From Adineta vaga (lineage: Eukaryota; Animalia; Rotifera): 64,000 nt of DNA. Each line of letters opens with the position of its first letter. The stretch's first letter is position 1. A program made the position numbers and the translations under genes. Positions 41,801 through 54,182 of this stretch are shown piece after piece. Where the stretch lies: assembly GCA_021613535.1 (NCBI GenBank), contig CP075493.1, positions 2,108,001 through 2,172,000 of the forward strand, read 5' to 3'. The notes beneath the pieces were generated by a model, which made no database searches, was not told the origin of the DNA, and saw only the letters and a program-made list of their open reading frames with translations.

Positions 41801-44800
41801 TTATTCAATTATTCGTAAAGCACTATCTTCACCTAATTCTTTCGTTAATTTTGCATCGATTCGATCCCAATCAACATCAACCTAAAAAACAATCATATTT
41901 CGAGAGTAAATTCCTTTCCAACTATAAAACAACATACAGTTTTCATTGCTTGAAGATATTTCGGATTTGTTTCCTTCTTTCCACCACCATATGCTTTCAA
42001 ATATTTTTCACGATAACCAATAACTATTTCTAAATATTGCTGATATCGTTGAGTTAAATCAATTGCTCTAAAGAAAAAAAATCAAACTTTATCATAAAGA
42101 ATCTTTCATGAATTTACTAACCGATCCCAATTGTGTTCATTTAAATGTAACATAATAGCATGAAGAGGTTTGTTTCCTTGTAAATAGTGTCCTTCAGCTT
42201 CTTGTAGATTTCCTCCAGCTAATAGAGCAAGTTCAGCTTCACGTTCTTCTTTCGATGCAATGCTTCGAAGATTTTGTAAACAAAAAACCATTTCCGTCTA
42301 GCAAAAAAAAAGAATGTTCTCTCTAATCGAATATTTGATTAACAAAATACGAAAAACTTACATTCGATAATTGTGCAAATGCATTTTCTGCTGAATCAAA
42401 ATCTCGATTATGTAAAGAAATAACGGCAATCAGTGCATAGATTGAGTCATCCTAAAGAATAATCATGAAATTTTACTAAGAAATCGAGAATGTTTTTTGC
42501 TTACGGAAATATATTGACATAATTGTAATGCTTCTTCAGCACGATTTGCTGACAAAAGATCAAGACAAAGTTCATAATAAATAGGCAAAGCGCATTGAAT
42601 TAATGCACCAGTCGATTTTCGAACTGTTAATTGACAACTGAGAAAATCTGAGATAGTTGGATTTTTACCAAAATCACTGAAAAAATGAAGAAATTCTTCA
42701 ATAAACGATCGAACTAATGAAGAAATTATTCAATATACCCTGATTCTACTTTATATGTTGTCTTATGAATTAAAGTAGAATCAATAAAAACAACACTTGG
42801 ATAAAGCCAAATATGAAGTTTATTATCAGCAAAACCTGATAACATAGCATTTTTATCATTCCATCGAAAGCTACCAATATTCGTGCCTAAAAGTCATCGA
42901 AATTCATGAGGAAATCATAAGGAAAAAAACCGAAATCGTTACATAGTTTTCGAATACGTTGACTATTGGATCGTTGACCTTGACCCGTTGAACGAACCAA
43001 CATGATAAATAAATCTTGAAATTTATCAGCAAATGCTAATTTACGTTCATTCGGAGAACCTGTCTGATCCAAAGACAAATGCATTACTTCATACTATAAA
43101 AGAATTAACAATAGAAATCGAGATAGAAAAGAAAATTTCGAATTTACAGTATGAGAAATAGATTTTCCATCACCAATTGGTTTACCATTAATATCAAAAA
43201 ATGCGATTGCTGAAGAAAAACAAAAAGGTTAGATATTATATACTATTCACGATCATAGTGATCTTGAGTTTTCTAGGTCACTTTTCGATCTACAGCTTAT
43301 AATCATGGAGATGCTATATCATGAACTAAAGAGTTTGTTTTCAAATGAATAGAAAAGTATAGATGTCCTGTCTAGAATCGGAACTGGTGAATATAATTAG
43401 CAATTGAATGATTTGAAAGGAAATTCTCTTTAAAATCATGCCATTGACAACAGAACGATGTCTATACGATCTCAACATGAAAGTTTCTCTTTTCACATAC
43501 ATTTCGTGTCAGTAGCATCTCGAACAGCTATTGTATCTGGACTTAGAGAAACGGTATTAACATTGACAGAATCTGGTTTTGATGCCATTAATTTTGGTGT
43601 TGCAACTAAACGACCTTCGTAAGAATAAATCGATATATTTACTCCATCCGAAAGAAGAAAATATCTAAACAAATCATTTAAGATTTAATTAAATAACTGA
43701 ACTGTCATACTTTTCTGCTTGAACAATTAAACTCATTGACATATCACGTAAATCAAATAATGCTGGATGACCAAGTTGTTTACAACTATAAATGAAAACT
43801 TTTTTTGAAGAATTTTCTTTTGTTTTTCTTAATTTTTACTTATAAATTAATCCTTGATTACTTGTTAAAACAATTAAATAACCAAAACCAACTGACATTT
43901 TAACTAATCGATCTTTTAATTCAATTTTATCTTTTAATTCCGTTTCACAATTACTAACAGTTATCACTTTCGAATCAGTTAAGACAAATTCCAAATGACG
44001 CCAATCAATACGACTAAAATATCAATCAAATTTTATTCTCTAGAATAAACTAACAAATGTTTACCGTTCAATAATATGTCCTATACCAACTCGACCAGTA
44101 CCACAACCACATGCTATCTGTGTACTATCATTTGACCATGATAAACCAAAAACACTACCATCTTTTGGTTTTTCGACTGAATGACACCACTAAAAAATTA
44201 ATAAGAATTAAATTATTTTTTTTTCCCGATTGAAATACATACACCAGCAGTATCACATAACCGTATTGTATTGTATGATCCCACCGCAAAATTTGATCCA
44301 TCTGGTGCCCAAGCAAGACTTGTAATTGGATATTCAAATGCTTGACTGGCATATAATGGTCGACCAACGGTATCCCAAACCTATTTATAATCATGAAAAT
44401 ATGTTTGCTTTTTTTACACGGAAAACAAATATTTTACTTTATAACGACAATCTTCTCCACCTGAGATGATTAGATTATTCACGGTATTCCAATCACATTT
44501 AAGAATAATTTGATCGTGAGCTTTCCACTAGATTGAATAATAGAAAAGAATAATTCTATAATTAGAAAAATAGATTCAATTCCATACCGAGTTTTGTTTT
44601 GAATTGGGTGAAAGTGGTTTGATTACAAGATATTTGCCTGTACAATAAAGTATTGCATCATTGTCCGCTGACCAACAAACACAGAAAATCGGTGTAGCTA
44701 AAAGAAGAAGAAGAGTACTATTAATATTTCTAATCTATCGTAATGCAAGATATTAATTTATTCACTTTTTTTTAATGCGAAATGAACATCTATGAATTCG

Positions 44801-45402
44801 AGAGAGAAAATTTAAACTTACGTGATTGAATTAAATTTGAACGTAACATTCCTGATCGTGCCCAAATTCTAACTTGTCCATCTTCGCCTCCTAAATATAT
44901 CAAAAGAATTCGAAATCAAGTATAACAAACATACAAAATTACCTGTAGCAAATTGACTTCCATCAGGACTCCAACGTACACAAATAGTTGCACCTCGATG
45001 TGCTTCTACAGACTTTTCAACTCGTCCAGTTTTATTGACAAAACAAAATTTTCCTTCAAAAAAAATAAATACACATCTCATTGTGATTCTCATATCAAAC
45101 AAATGTATCTTACCATCACTTGTCGCTAGAATAAAAAGATCTGAACCAATTGTTCGTTTTGCACCTGCACCAGCTGTACCCGTTCCACCAAGCGTTGCAC
45201 CTTTAGGTAACCAATGCATATCAAGTGGATAGAGATCTTGTGGTAATTCAGCAATTTTAATTAATTCATTTTGAATTATATTATATTTATATATAACATG
45301 ATCTTCTCCAACAGAATATAAATCATCGGATGACATCCATCCAACACAATCGCAACGATCAGTATGACGAAGTGTTGGTGGAAATGTAAATTTTAGACGC
45401 AT
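41801..45402 (-). CDS. IFT80: Intraflagellar transport protein 80 (WD40)
   Basis: 'MRLK...', '[23 protein letters not shown]', 'WARSGMLRS', 'WDTVGRPLY', C-terminal 'NWDRAIDL', 'VDWDRIDAK'. Confidence 0.93.
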
Positions 45403-45616
45403 TATTCTATGAGTAATATAGAATGTTCAGTTCAAAATGATATATATATATATATATTTATAAATGTAATCAGCACCATAAGGAAATAATGTTACTTAGT
45501 GAATGCCTTTAACAGGAAGACATCGTGTATTCTGATTGGTTAGAAAAGAATCAAATCAAGTAGAACATAGCAGGAATGGATGACCAGGAGGAGAAAAACG
45601 AACCAGGAGAGGAATT

Positions 45617-46133
45617 ATGATTGATGTGCATAAAAATAAAATGCGAGACTTTATCAAAGAACTATCGTTTCGACGTCTTGTCGATTCATTAAAATTAACA
45701 CCAAAACGTCGTCTTGTCGAATTTGGAGGTAGTGTTTATGAAATTTTCATATGAAAATTTTGACTATTATTCTATTCAGACATATGGGCCGAAATCTTTC
45801 TCTGGTGTTTTATGACATCAATTGTAGTTCATTTAATTGCTAGTATGATCGCTGTTCGATCTTTACGAAGTCATAAGATTGGACGCTGGTATTCGATCAT
45901 AATTCTTCTCGCTGGAATTATAACTCCAATTATTCCATCAGCATTTACTAGTAAATAATTTCATTTCTCCGAGGAAAAGATCAAACATTGCTTTCTTTCT
46001 AGGTGCATTACTTTCCGCGATATTTTATGCTGCTTCAGTAGAAATAAAACCATTCTTTTGCTTTTTACTTGGAGTTGGACAAACTGGTATTATTCTTTTC
46101 TTTTCTTTCTTGAAAATATTATCAACATTATAA
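45617..46133 (+). CDS. TMEM170: TMEM170 family ER membrane protein, 3 exons (start could be 45641)
   Basis: 'DIWAEIFLWCFMTSIVVHLIASMIAVRSLRSHKIGRW', 'GVGQTG..FSFLKILSTL*'; divergent from IFT80. Confidence 0.85.
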
Positions 46134-47347
46134 ATGAATTTTGAATCTCTTTTTTATACTTCTTTTTATGTAAATAAAAGAGAATGATTAATTATTTGTA
46201 TGTATCGTGAAGAAAAGATATTGTCTTCTTTTATTTGATTGACTACTAATCTTCTGAGAAAATTTTCGGAGTTTTGTATAGTTTAATTTCAATAATTATT
46301 GACAGACACGTAGATAATGAAGATGAATACAAATACAGAATCAGAAAACCAGCGCTTTGAACGAGAATTAATAAAGGAAAAATATTTTCTGTCTTCTCTG
46401 GTAACATCGCATTTTACACAGCTAAAAGAAAATCGAAAAATGATATGGATAAATAGTTAATTGAAGTTAGGAATCAGCAATATTTGATATACAGTTGAAT
46501 GATTAAAAACAATTTTTATCATTAATCTGATGTCTGTCACGTGGGAAATGACAGCAAACAATTACAATAATTTTATTTTTCATATTACATCAATACGCAC
46601 ACCTGCCTATGTGATTGAGTATATACATTATTTGTTTTTTGCTGTTCGATTTTGTTTTGTATTACAAAAACTACTTAATTATATATATTGTATAAGAATA
46701 AATAAGTAGAAGCCGAACAACGGATTTCTTATTATGTGTGCTTGATGACAAATAACAGAATCGTACATCCGTTCTTGTTTGATTTATCGCTATTTGTCAC
46801 TGGATCACATCAAAGAATCTTTATATTAATTTTATTAAGAAATATGTAGGCAACAAACTGCACGTCTATTCTCTTTCTATCTAGAATACGATCGAAATCA
46901 CTAGTGAATATCTGTCTATGTGTTGTCGCTAGAAGCAAGCGTTATAGTCTACGATAGCGTGTGTAACACTAAAAAGAAGAAAGAAATGTTCCTTTTTGAC
47001 AGTCGTGAGTAGTGCAAATAATAATGTCGTGAGTCGTCTTTTCTCTTCTTTTTTTTCCTAGGCTCATTGGGTGAAAGAAAAATGGAGGAGAAACTAATGC
47101 ATTGATGCATCAGCTAATGGAATAACAGTCTCTCGTTTAATGACAAATAGTTTCTCTGTAGAAAGAACGAGAGAGAGAAAAAAAATAAATCTATGTAAGG
47201 AAGGACTATATAATATAATCTATCTAGACAGAGATTTATCACAAATGTTAATTATTATCAGATGAAAAATAAAAGAGAAGATAAGAATGTATAGTTTTAC
47301 CTCGATCTATTGATTTATTTTCTCGTTTTAATTCTAGAAAATATATC

Positions 47348-48091
47348 ATGGATGAATCATCATCGTCTTTGAAAAAAAATGATTCTACTTCAAGTTTAAA
47401 TCCATCGGGACAATTCGCACGTAGTCGTTGGTCACATGTTCTCGCATTAGCTGATCAACTTCGACATAACACTGAAGTTCACAAAAATGAACAATTACGA
47501 CAATATGCTTTTGATATACCACCAGTAGAAAATGATCAACAAACAACATCGGCAGCACATGCAAATCATGTTAAAACATTTGAAAATGATCTTCTCTTTG
47601 CTAAGACTGGTAACTTCAATCTCGATAATTTAAGTAAAAAATTTCTTGAACTAAAACGTACATTCAATCATATGTTGGAATTGAATAAAAATCAAATCGA
47701 ACAAGTTACATTAGCAACAACAATAACACGAACAGCTTTATTGATGGTTTTACGTGCGATTGAATCGATTATTGAAGTATCAAGTAAATGTGTATGGAAA
47801 TTTCCAAATTTCAATTCATTAATATCTTATATACGTTCACGTCAAACGGAATTACCAATACATGGTCAACTTTTAGTCGATTGGTATAAGGCAGCACAAG
47901 TACTTGATTTACTTGTTAATGATCCTGATTGGCTTGTTCAACCTCGAAAAGCATATTGGGCAATACAAGTTTGTGATGAAACATTAACATGGACACGAGG
48001 AGTTTTCAATGAAAATTATCGTACGAAAACGACACGTCGACCTGTATTCGATCGAGAAGAAAGTGTTTGTGTTCCTGAAGTTAAAAACTAA
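47348..48091 (+). CDS. Hypothetical protein, 247 aa, single coding exon
   Basis: Intact ORF with host-like codon usage, preceded by a splice acceptor. No family recognised. Confidence 0.75.
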   Translation: MDESSSSLKKNDSTSSLNPSGQFARSRWSHVLALADQLRHNTEVHKNEQLRQYAFDIPPVENDQQTTSAAHANHVKTFENDLLFAKTGNFNLDNLSKKFLELKRTFNHMLELNKNQIEQVTLATTITRTALLMVLRAIESIIEVSSKCVWKFPNFNSLISYIRSRQTELPIHGQLLVDWYKAAQVLDLLVNDPDWLVQPRKAYWAIQVCDETLTWTRGVFNENYRTKTTRRPVFDREESVCVPEVKN

Positions 48092-48237
48092 GAATAGAAC
48101 AAAAAACTGATTTTTTTGTAATCTCAAATGTTAGATATTTTTATTCAAGTATGCGAGCAAAATAGTTCGTTCAAACAGTAGTTCTGATAGAGAACTTATA
48201 TTACAGAAAGAGATAAATAAATAAATATATAGATATT

Positions 48238-49258
48238 CTATAGTTTTTCATTCAATGGAGATTTTTTGAATGATCCTGCTGGTTCAGATTCAAATTTCAT
48301 TTTTAAACTTTTTTCTTTTGATGTATTGATCTTTGATGGCGTGGGTGGTACTAGAGATGGTTCCGGAGGTTTTGTAGCATCACTTGTCGGCGGTTTTGTC
48401 ATATCTATAAAACCAGCATTTGCTTCGTCATCTGCTGGAAATACTGTGAAAGCATTAACATAAACTATGGCAGATGGAACCATTACCATTCCACCTACGA
48501 TAAACGAAGTTAATCATCTTTATAAACGATAAAAGGAAAAGAAGGAATTACTTACGATCTTTTGTTTTCAAATGTACGTATCGAACATCGATTAAATGAA
48601 CAAGACCTTTTCAGTTTATCGAAACAGAATGAGTTTTAGATAAAACGAACTATCGTTATTTTTTACCTTCAATTCCTCCACCACTTCCATGAATTTTAAT
48701 CCGACAACCTCGAACGAACGGTTTATTGATGACGAGAAAAATTCCTGATATAAAATTTGTTGCTACTTCTTTCAAAGCGAAACCGATCGTAAAACCAGTT
48801 ATTCCGATACCAGCTAACAAAGGTTTTGTATCGACTCCAAGTGTACCAAGTGTTGTTACAGTAATAATTGCATAAATAGAAATAGCAGCAGTTTTAGAAA
48901 GTAATCTTGCTAGATCTTCATCCTCAATAATATGAGATCGAAGAAAAAATCGTTCAATCGACGGTGAAATCATTAGAAAACGCTTGATCCTTTGCATTGT
49001 AGTGGCAGGTGGTGGTGGTGGTGGTTGAGGGAGAGTCGAAACAAATGGTTCAGCTCCCCATCCAAACCAACGAAAAAATCGTCGGATACGACCTGATGAT
49101 CGTTTTTTTGATGGTTCTTGAGTAATGTATCGATTGGATTGTTGTGGAAAGTAAAGTAAATGATTGTTATTATTATAGGATGCAACAAGACATCGACTAC
49201 CAATGTGAGAAGTATTTAGAGCTAATCGAGATATCATGCATAATGATCGACCATACAT
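48238..49258 (-). CDS. MscS-family small-conductance mechanosensitive channel, 299 aa, 3 exons (49258-48667, 48606-48556, 48494-48238), predicted mitochondrial presequence
   Basis: 'TLGTLGVDTKPLLAGIGITGFTIGFALKEVATNFISGIFLVINKPFVRGCRIKI..GIEG|LVHLIDVRYVHLKTKD|RGMVMVPSA' aligns by eye with MscS TM2-TM3a/b and the beta domain. Exons sum to 900 nt in frame. Confidence 0.88.
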
Positions 49259-50096
49259 ATCAAAAGATTCTTAGTCTAATCTTAAGACAAAAAAAGATTC
49301 AGTTGATGATAGTTATGTAAACTTCTGAAATCATTTTTATTATTCGAAAAGAAATTACAAATGGAAAAAAATCATTTTAATCGTTTCCGGATGCATAGTG
49401 TAACACAAGAAGGCAATTTAATTTATGAATGAATATTATCCTTAATTTAAAGAAAACAAAAGAGCTTTCACTAGTCCGTAATACAAATCATAAAATAACG
49501 ATGAAAAGTGACGTCTTTCAAATGATGGGGTATGACTAAAAACGAGCATGTATGGTCAAGTAACGCAAAGATTAGAAAAAATAATACATTTACTCGATTG
49601 TTTTTCAAAGAAGATTTTGCACATTTCAGATACATTTTACTTGTATTTTTAACCACAAAAATTGAGTTATCTGTAGATTAGAAACTGACGAAAGATGATT
49701 CATCGTTTATTTCTCAAAGTTAAAAAATGTAACATATCTATGCACTCTGAAATACACTTCTATTTTATATAAAAAATCTTAGCTTAATGAATAGTCATTT
49801 CTTGCTTGTATCAAGAAGCAAATAAAATATCACTCGGAACATGTACATTAATTATGGATTCGAGCTAAAAAAGATTAGATGTATAGCGACATGTATGCTT
49901 ATGCGTTCTTTTTAATCACTAGCTTGATAGATCGTTTTAATGTTTGATCAAAGCTCATTAAGATTAAAAACAGAGACCGTGTGCCACTTTCTCAATATAA
50001 AAATTCATCGAGAATAGTACAAAAATTATTTTAACCGGTGGTGCAGTCAATCTGTTCGTAGTATCAATTTGTATAATCAGGAGAGGATCGTTATGC

Positions 50097-50186
50097 TTGA
50101 GAGTGTGGGTGTGGGTGAGAGAAGAAGGATATATCCACACCCACACCCACACCCTCACCCACACCCACTCTACACCCGCACCCTCA
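50097..50186. repeat. Head-to-head TGTGGG/TGAGGG then CCCACA/CCCTCA repeat cluster (telomere-like imperfect palindrome)
   Basis: ttgagagtgtgggtgtgggtgag, ~15-nt spacer, then ccacacccacacccacaccctcacccacaccc...caccctcaa. Confidence 0.7.
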
Positions 50187-51629
50187 ATATATAAAAACAT
50201 TTATTTTCGCCGACTATACTCATTCGAAGCAAAACGACAGAATTTCTTGTTCTTTTCAGAACACTTTCTCGAAAAACATTGATGATAATAGAGTATACTG
50301 CTGATCTATCGCTCATAGTTTAGATCTTATCAGACACTATTGTTCATTCAAATTATCTCGAAATTTGATTTAAAACTTTTGTTGACTGAATTTGTGAATG
50401 ATATTGTTATTTGAAAGATCAAAATTCTAAAAAATACTATACACAATAATATATACGTTTCTATCATAGCTGTCATAATGTCATTACACCGGGTATCCAG
50501 AGCTGAACGTCTAATACCCAACAGGGTAACCAAATACATACTGCCAGACAATCTCGTTACCCAATAAGCAAACAATATCCTTCAGAATCTGAGGAATTTG
50601 AGTGAATTTGGTCGAATGATCTCATTACCCCATGATCGTACTATATTCTTCAAATGCTTTATGAGAGTGATTGATTCGATACATGCAGTCATTCTTTGGT
50701 ATATTTCTCATTATTTTATTGAAGAAAAAAGCTTTTGATGGTAGTTACTATTGATGAGAAAACTTATTAATATAGAAAAATCAATTAAATATATTTAGTA
50801 ACAGTGGCACGTTTATATGGTATGGTATTGTATCAGTCTATCTATAACTATTCCATTTATCTTCTCATATACATCACCAAGAGTGACACGTTTGTATAAG
50901 CCATTGCATATACTGTTTTAAGTTCAAGTAATACTAAATTTTATTTAGTACGTCATCGAGGACCATCACCAAATAATGCTGAATCTGTTTTATTTTCATT
51001 AATTTCATTTAAAAATCGTTCGGAACAAGCTTGTCCTGAGTCAAATAATCCGAGATGATATGGTGGATTTCTATTTATCGCATTAAACGAAATAAAAGTT
51101 CCATCACGTTCTATTCAAATGAAATCCAGCTGTTAGTAATTGGTCATCATCACTTATTATGGGTGTAGCGAAGGCCCGGCCAGTAGGCAAAGCTCAAAAT
51201 GAGGGTGTAGCGAAAATCTGTAATTCTTTAGAGAAGATCCTGTTCTTTCTTCAGAACCCAGCTCGCAATGCAGCGATTAAGATCTCCATTTTCACACAAA
51301 CCTTGCTGGCCAAACGCGACGTCAAATATTCGTACATCAGATATTTCCATAGCAAGAACTACTCTCCGCATCAGTGTTGTTAAGCATTGACTATAACCCA
51401 ATTCATCCTAATTCCTCAATTTCTGAAAGATACACTGCTCTATTTTAAGAAGGATACCCAGCGTAATGGTATTATGACATCACTCAGATATTTTAATGAT
51501 ATATAAATCATTCGAATCGATATGAAATGAAAGATTATAATATACTGACTCTTTTTTCTTTCCAACCACGAAAAAGTAAATTCATGATTAAAAAACGAAA
51601 ATCAGATGTATATGAATGTTTGTTCAACA

Positions 51630-52735
51630 CAGGGCTGCCATCTGTACCCCATTTTAACGATTTGTACCTCAGAGGTACAACATTTGTACCCCATTTGCGC
51701 TATTTGTCTTTGCACAAAATTACAAGCATCTGTGATTAAAATCAATAAATGTATTGACTCTAGTTAACATATTGATTCGCGAAAAGACACGAAAAGTCAA
51801 TTTCAGTCATATAAAGCACGTATTATCACCAAATAGAAGCTCGATGTCAAGTGAAGGAGTTGCTACTCAGTTGAGGATACGATTAAATATCAAGATAAAA
51901 CCAAAAATTTGTACTCTTTTTTAGAATCTCAACCAGAACACATTAGATCTGCTAAAAGCAAACAGAAATATTGCTCTACAGAAAAAGGTCTATTACTTAA
52001 TGCAAACACAGAAGACTTTCTTTAAGTAGCCATAGTTTTAGACGACATCAGAGAGTTTGATGTCTTGTGGATCGAAAGATTGGGTTCCTGGAAGACGGCG
52101 CAGAATGCAAATATTTTTAATTGTTTTCCTATCAGGTGAAATAACATTTTGTCTGAGAGTTTTGGAATTATTCTTCGAGTTAGCGAAAAGTATGTCGTAG
52201 GCCAATCCTGGACTGGCCTGAATCTTAGTATGGCCTGCGACAAGTATATGCAACCTTCCTAGGCTTTTTCACAGAATTTCGAAAATCTTCAATAAATGTT
52301 TACAAAAATCTTTAAAAATCAAGGCGAATTCCTAAAAGTGTTTGAACATTTGAAATTCTTTTGGAAAATTTTCTAAAAGTTACTGATGTCTATGACGTTT
52401 CTCCGCAATCAAAATATCTCTGTAGTCAATCCGCCAAAAAATTTCTGACTATGTGCTTGGCTTTAAGTAAATATTTTAGTCTTTTTGAACAAATATATAG
52501 CGAAAAAAGATGCATTCGTGAACTACTTGTTTCGAATATAAAAGCTAGAATTCGAAGATTATTTTCAGAACAGAGAAAAATACCCAAAATAGAGTTTTTA
52601 CTTTAAAAAAACTCTTTTTCAAATAGATCTCTCATTGGTAGTTCCTATAACTCACGCAAAAAACTGTGTACCTCATAACGCACCCCATTTAAGAATTTTT
52701 GTACCCCACCTTAAGCCTAAACAGATGGCACCCTG
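51630..52735. mobile_element. Non-autonomous hAT-type DNA transposon, 1106 bp
   Basis: TIRs CAGGGCTGCCATCTGT and ACAGATGGCACCCTG; 8-bp TSD gttcaaca/gctcaaca (7/8); repeated subterminal TGTACC(C/T)C motifs; no transposase ORF. Confidence 0.85.
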
Positions 52736-54182
52736 GCTCAACATCATTATTTATGTGCAATATTGATGAAAATGAACAAAATTGCATAAATAGAAAATTA
52801 TTTTGCATCGTCTTAATTATATATTAATGGAATATAACAAACGAGATTTCTTTCTAGATATATACAGTACATAGTTTCAATTATTTTATTACAGTTAGAA
52901 GTGAACAAAATACTTTACATATTTTCTTCTTTTATTATTCACATAATTCTTTATACTACTATTCAATTCAATTCCATCATTTATAATTAAAAACTCTGAT
53001 TTTAATGTCAATATGATTCTATCCATACTTAGAAAGTCGATACTTATTCACCTTCGATCATAATTATGAAATTAATTAAATGAATTTGTTAACTTATGTA
53101 AATTCTTTCGAAGATCGTTAATCTAATATCAGTAATGCATTAATAATTATAACAACGTTTAAATATGAGTCATGTGAATATTTCATCATAGATAAAAAGC
53201 TTTTCTTGAGTGTTCTTTGTTGGAAAAGATTTGATAAGAGAGCGAAAAAATAAAATTTTAATTGAAATGAAAATATTTTTCAATGTCTTCTTATTCTCCG
53301 ATTGATAAAACTCATTTGAAATTCTTAACGAGTTGAATATTTTCTATTTCATTTTTGTTATTATAGGATGAAAATATAATCAAGAATTTTCTCTTTTTTC
53401 TATGAATTATCTAAAAATGTTCGATAAAAAGAAATATTTGACAATTTAATTCAAAGTTAGTTTTTTATTTTGAAATAAATGAAATCTTGAAAACAAATTA
53501 TATGACAAACAGAAAATTTACTTTTATCGAATTGTTCGTTTTTTTAGATATACGAAACTTTCCACGTGGAATTTTAGACGATAACAACAAGTTTTGTATC
53601 GTTACTTTAGAAAAAAACATTTCATGTCTTTTCTTTGCATATAAAGAGAAATATTTATTATTTCATTATAAATTTGATTAATTTTCCTAGGAAACATAAA
53701 GTAAATCATCAAAGTTCTAGATAGTTTATCCATGTTCAGGATAATGTAAAAAAAATCTAATTTTATGAATTGATTTATATACTAAAAAACTAATGAGAAT
53801 ATTCATTATTCTACTGCTTGTTCTCAAATTAATATTTATTATATAAAGATGAAAAGATGTTACTTGAACTGTATATATTATCATCGATTTATAATGTATC
53901 TGTTGATATAAACAAAAAAGAATTTTTTTCCAACTTTCAAGTCGTCATGTATTAGTAAAGACTAAGAACAAAATGATAAGAAACTTGTCTTCGTTACTTT
54001 TGTTTTCACTTTTATCATATTTGTTTTCGTCGATTTATTCAAGTGTCGTTAAATTGATAACAATAAAAAGTTATATGAAAAGAAGAAAGACTTACAAAAG
54101 TAGCATCTTTTCTCTACTCTCTCATTATAATAACTTCTTCAACTAATTTTACACTACAAAATTCGCATTAGAAACAAAGTTA

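Noticed and set aside
50480-51400. GGGTA/TACCC and GGGTGTAGCGAA short repeats
   Set aside because: Likely decayed MITE pieces, but TIRs and TSDs are too degenerate to call.
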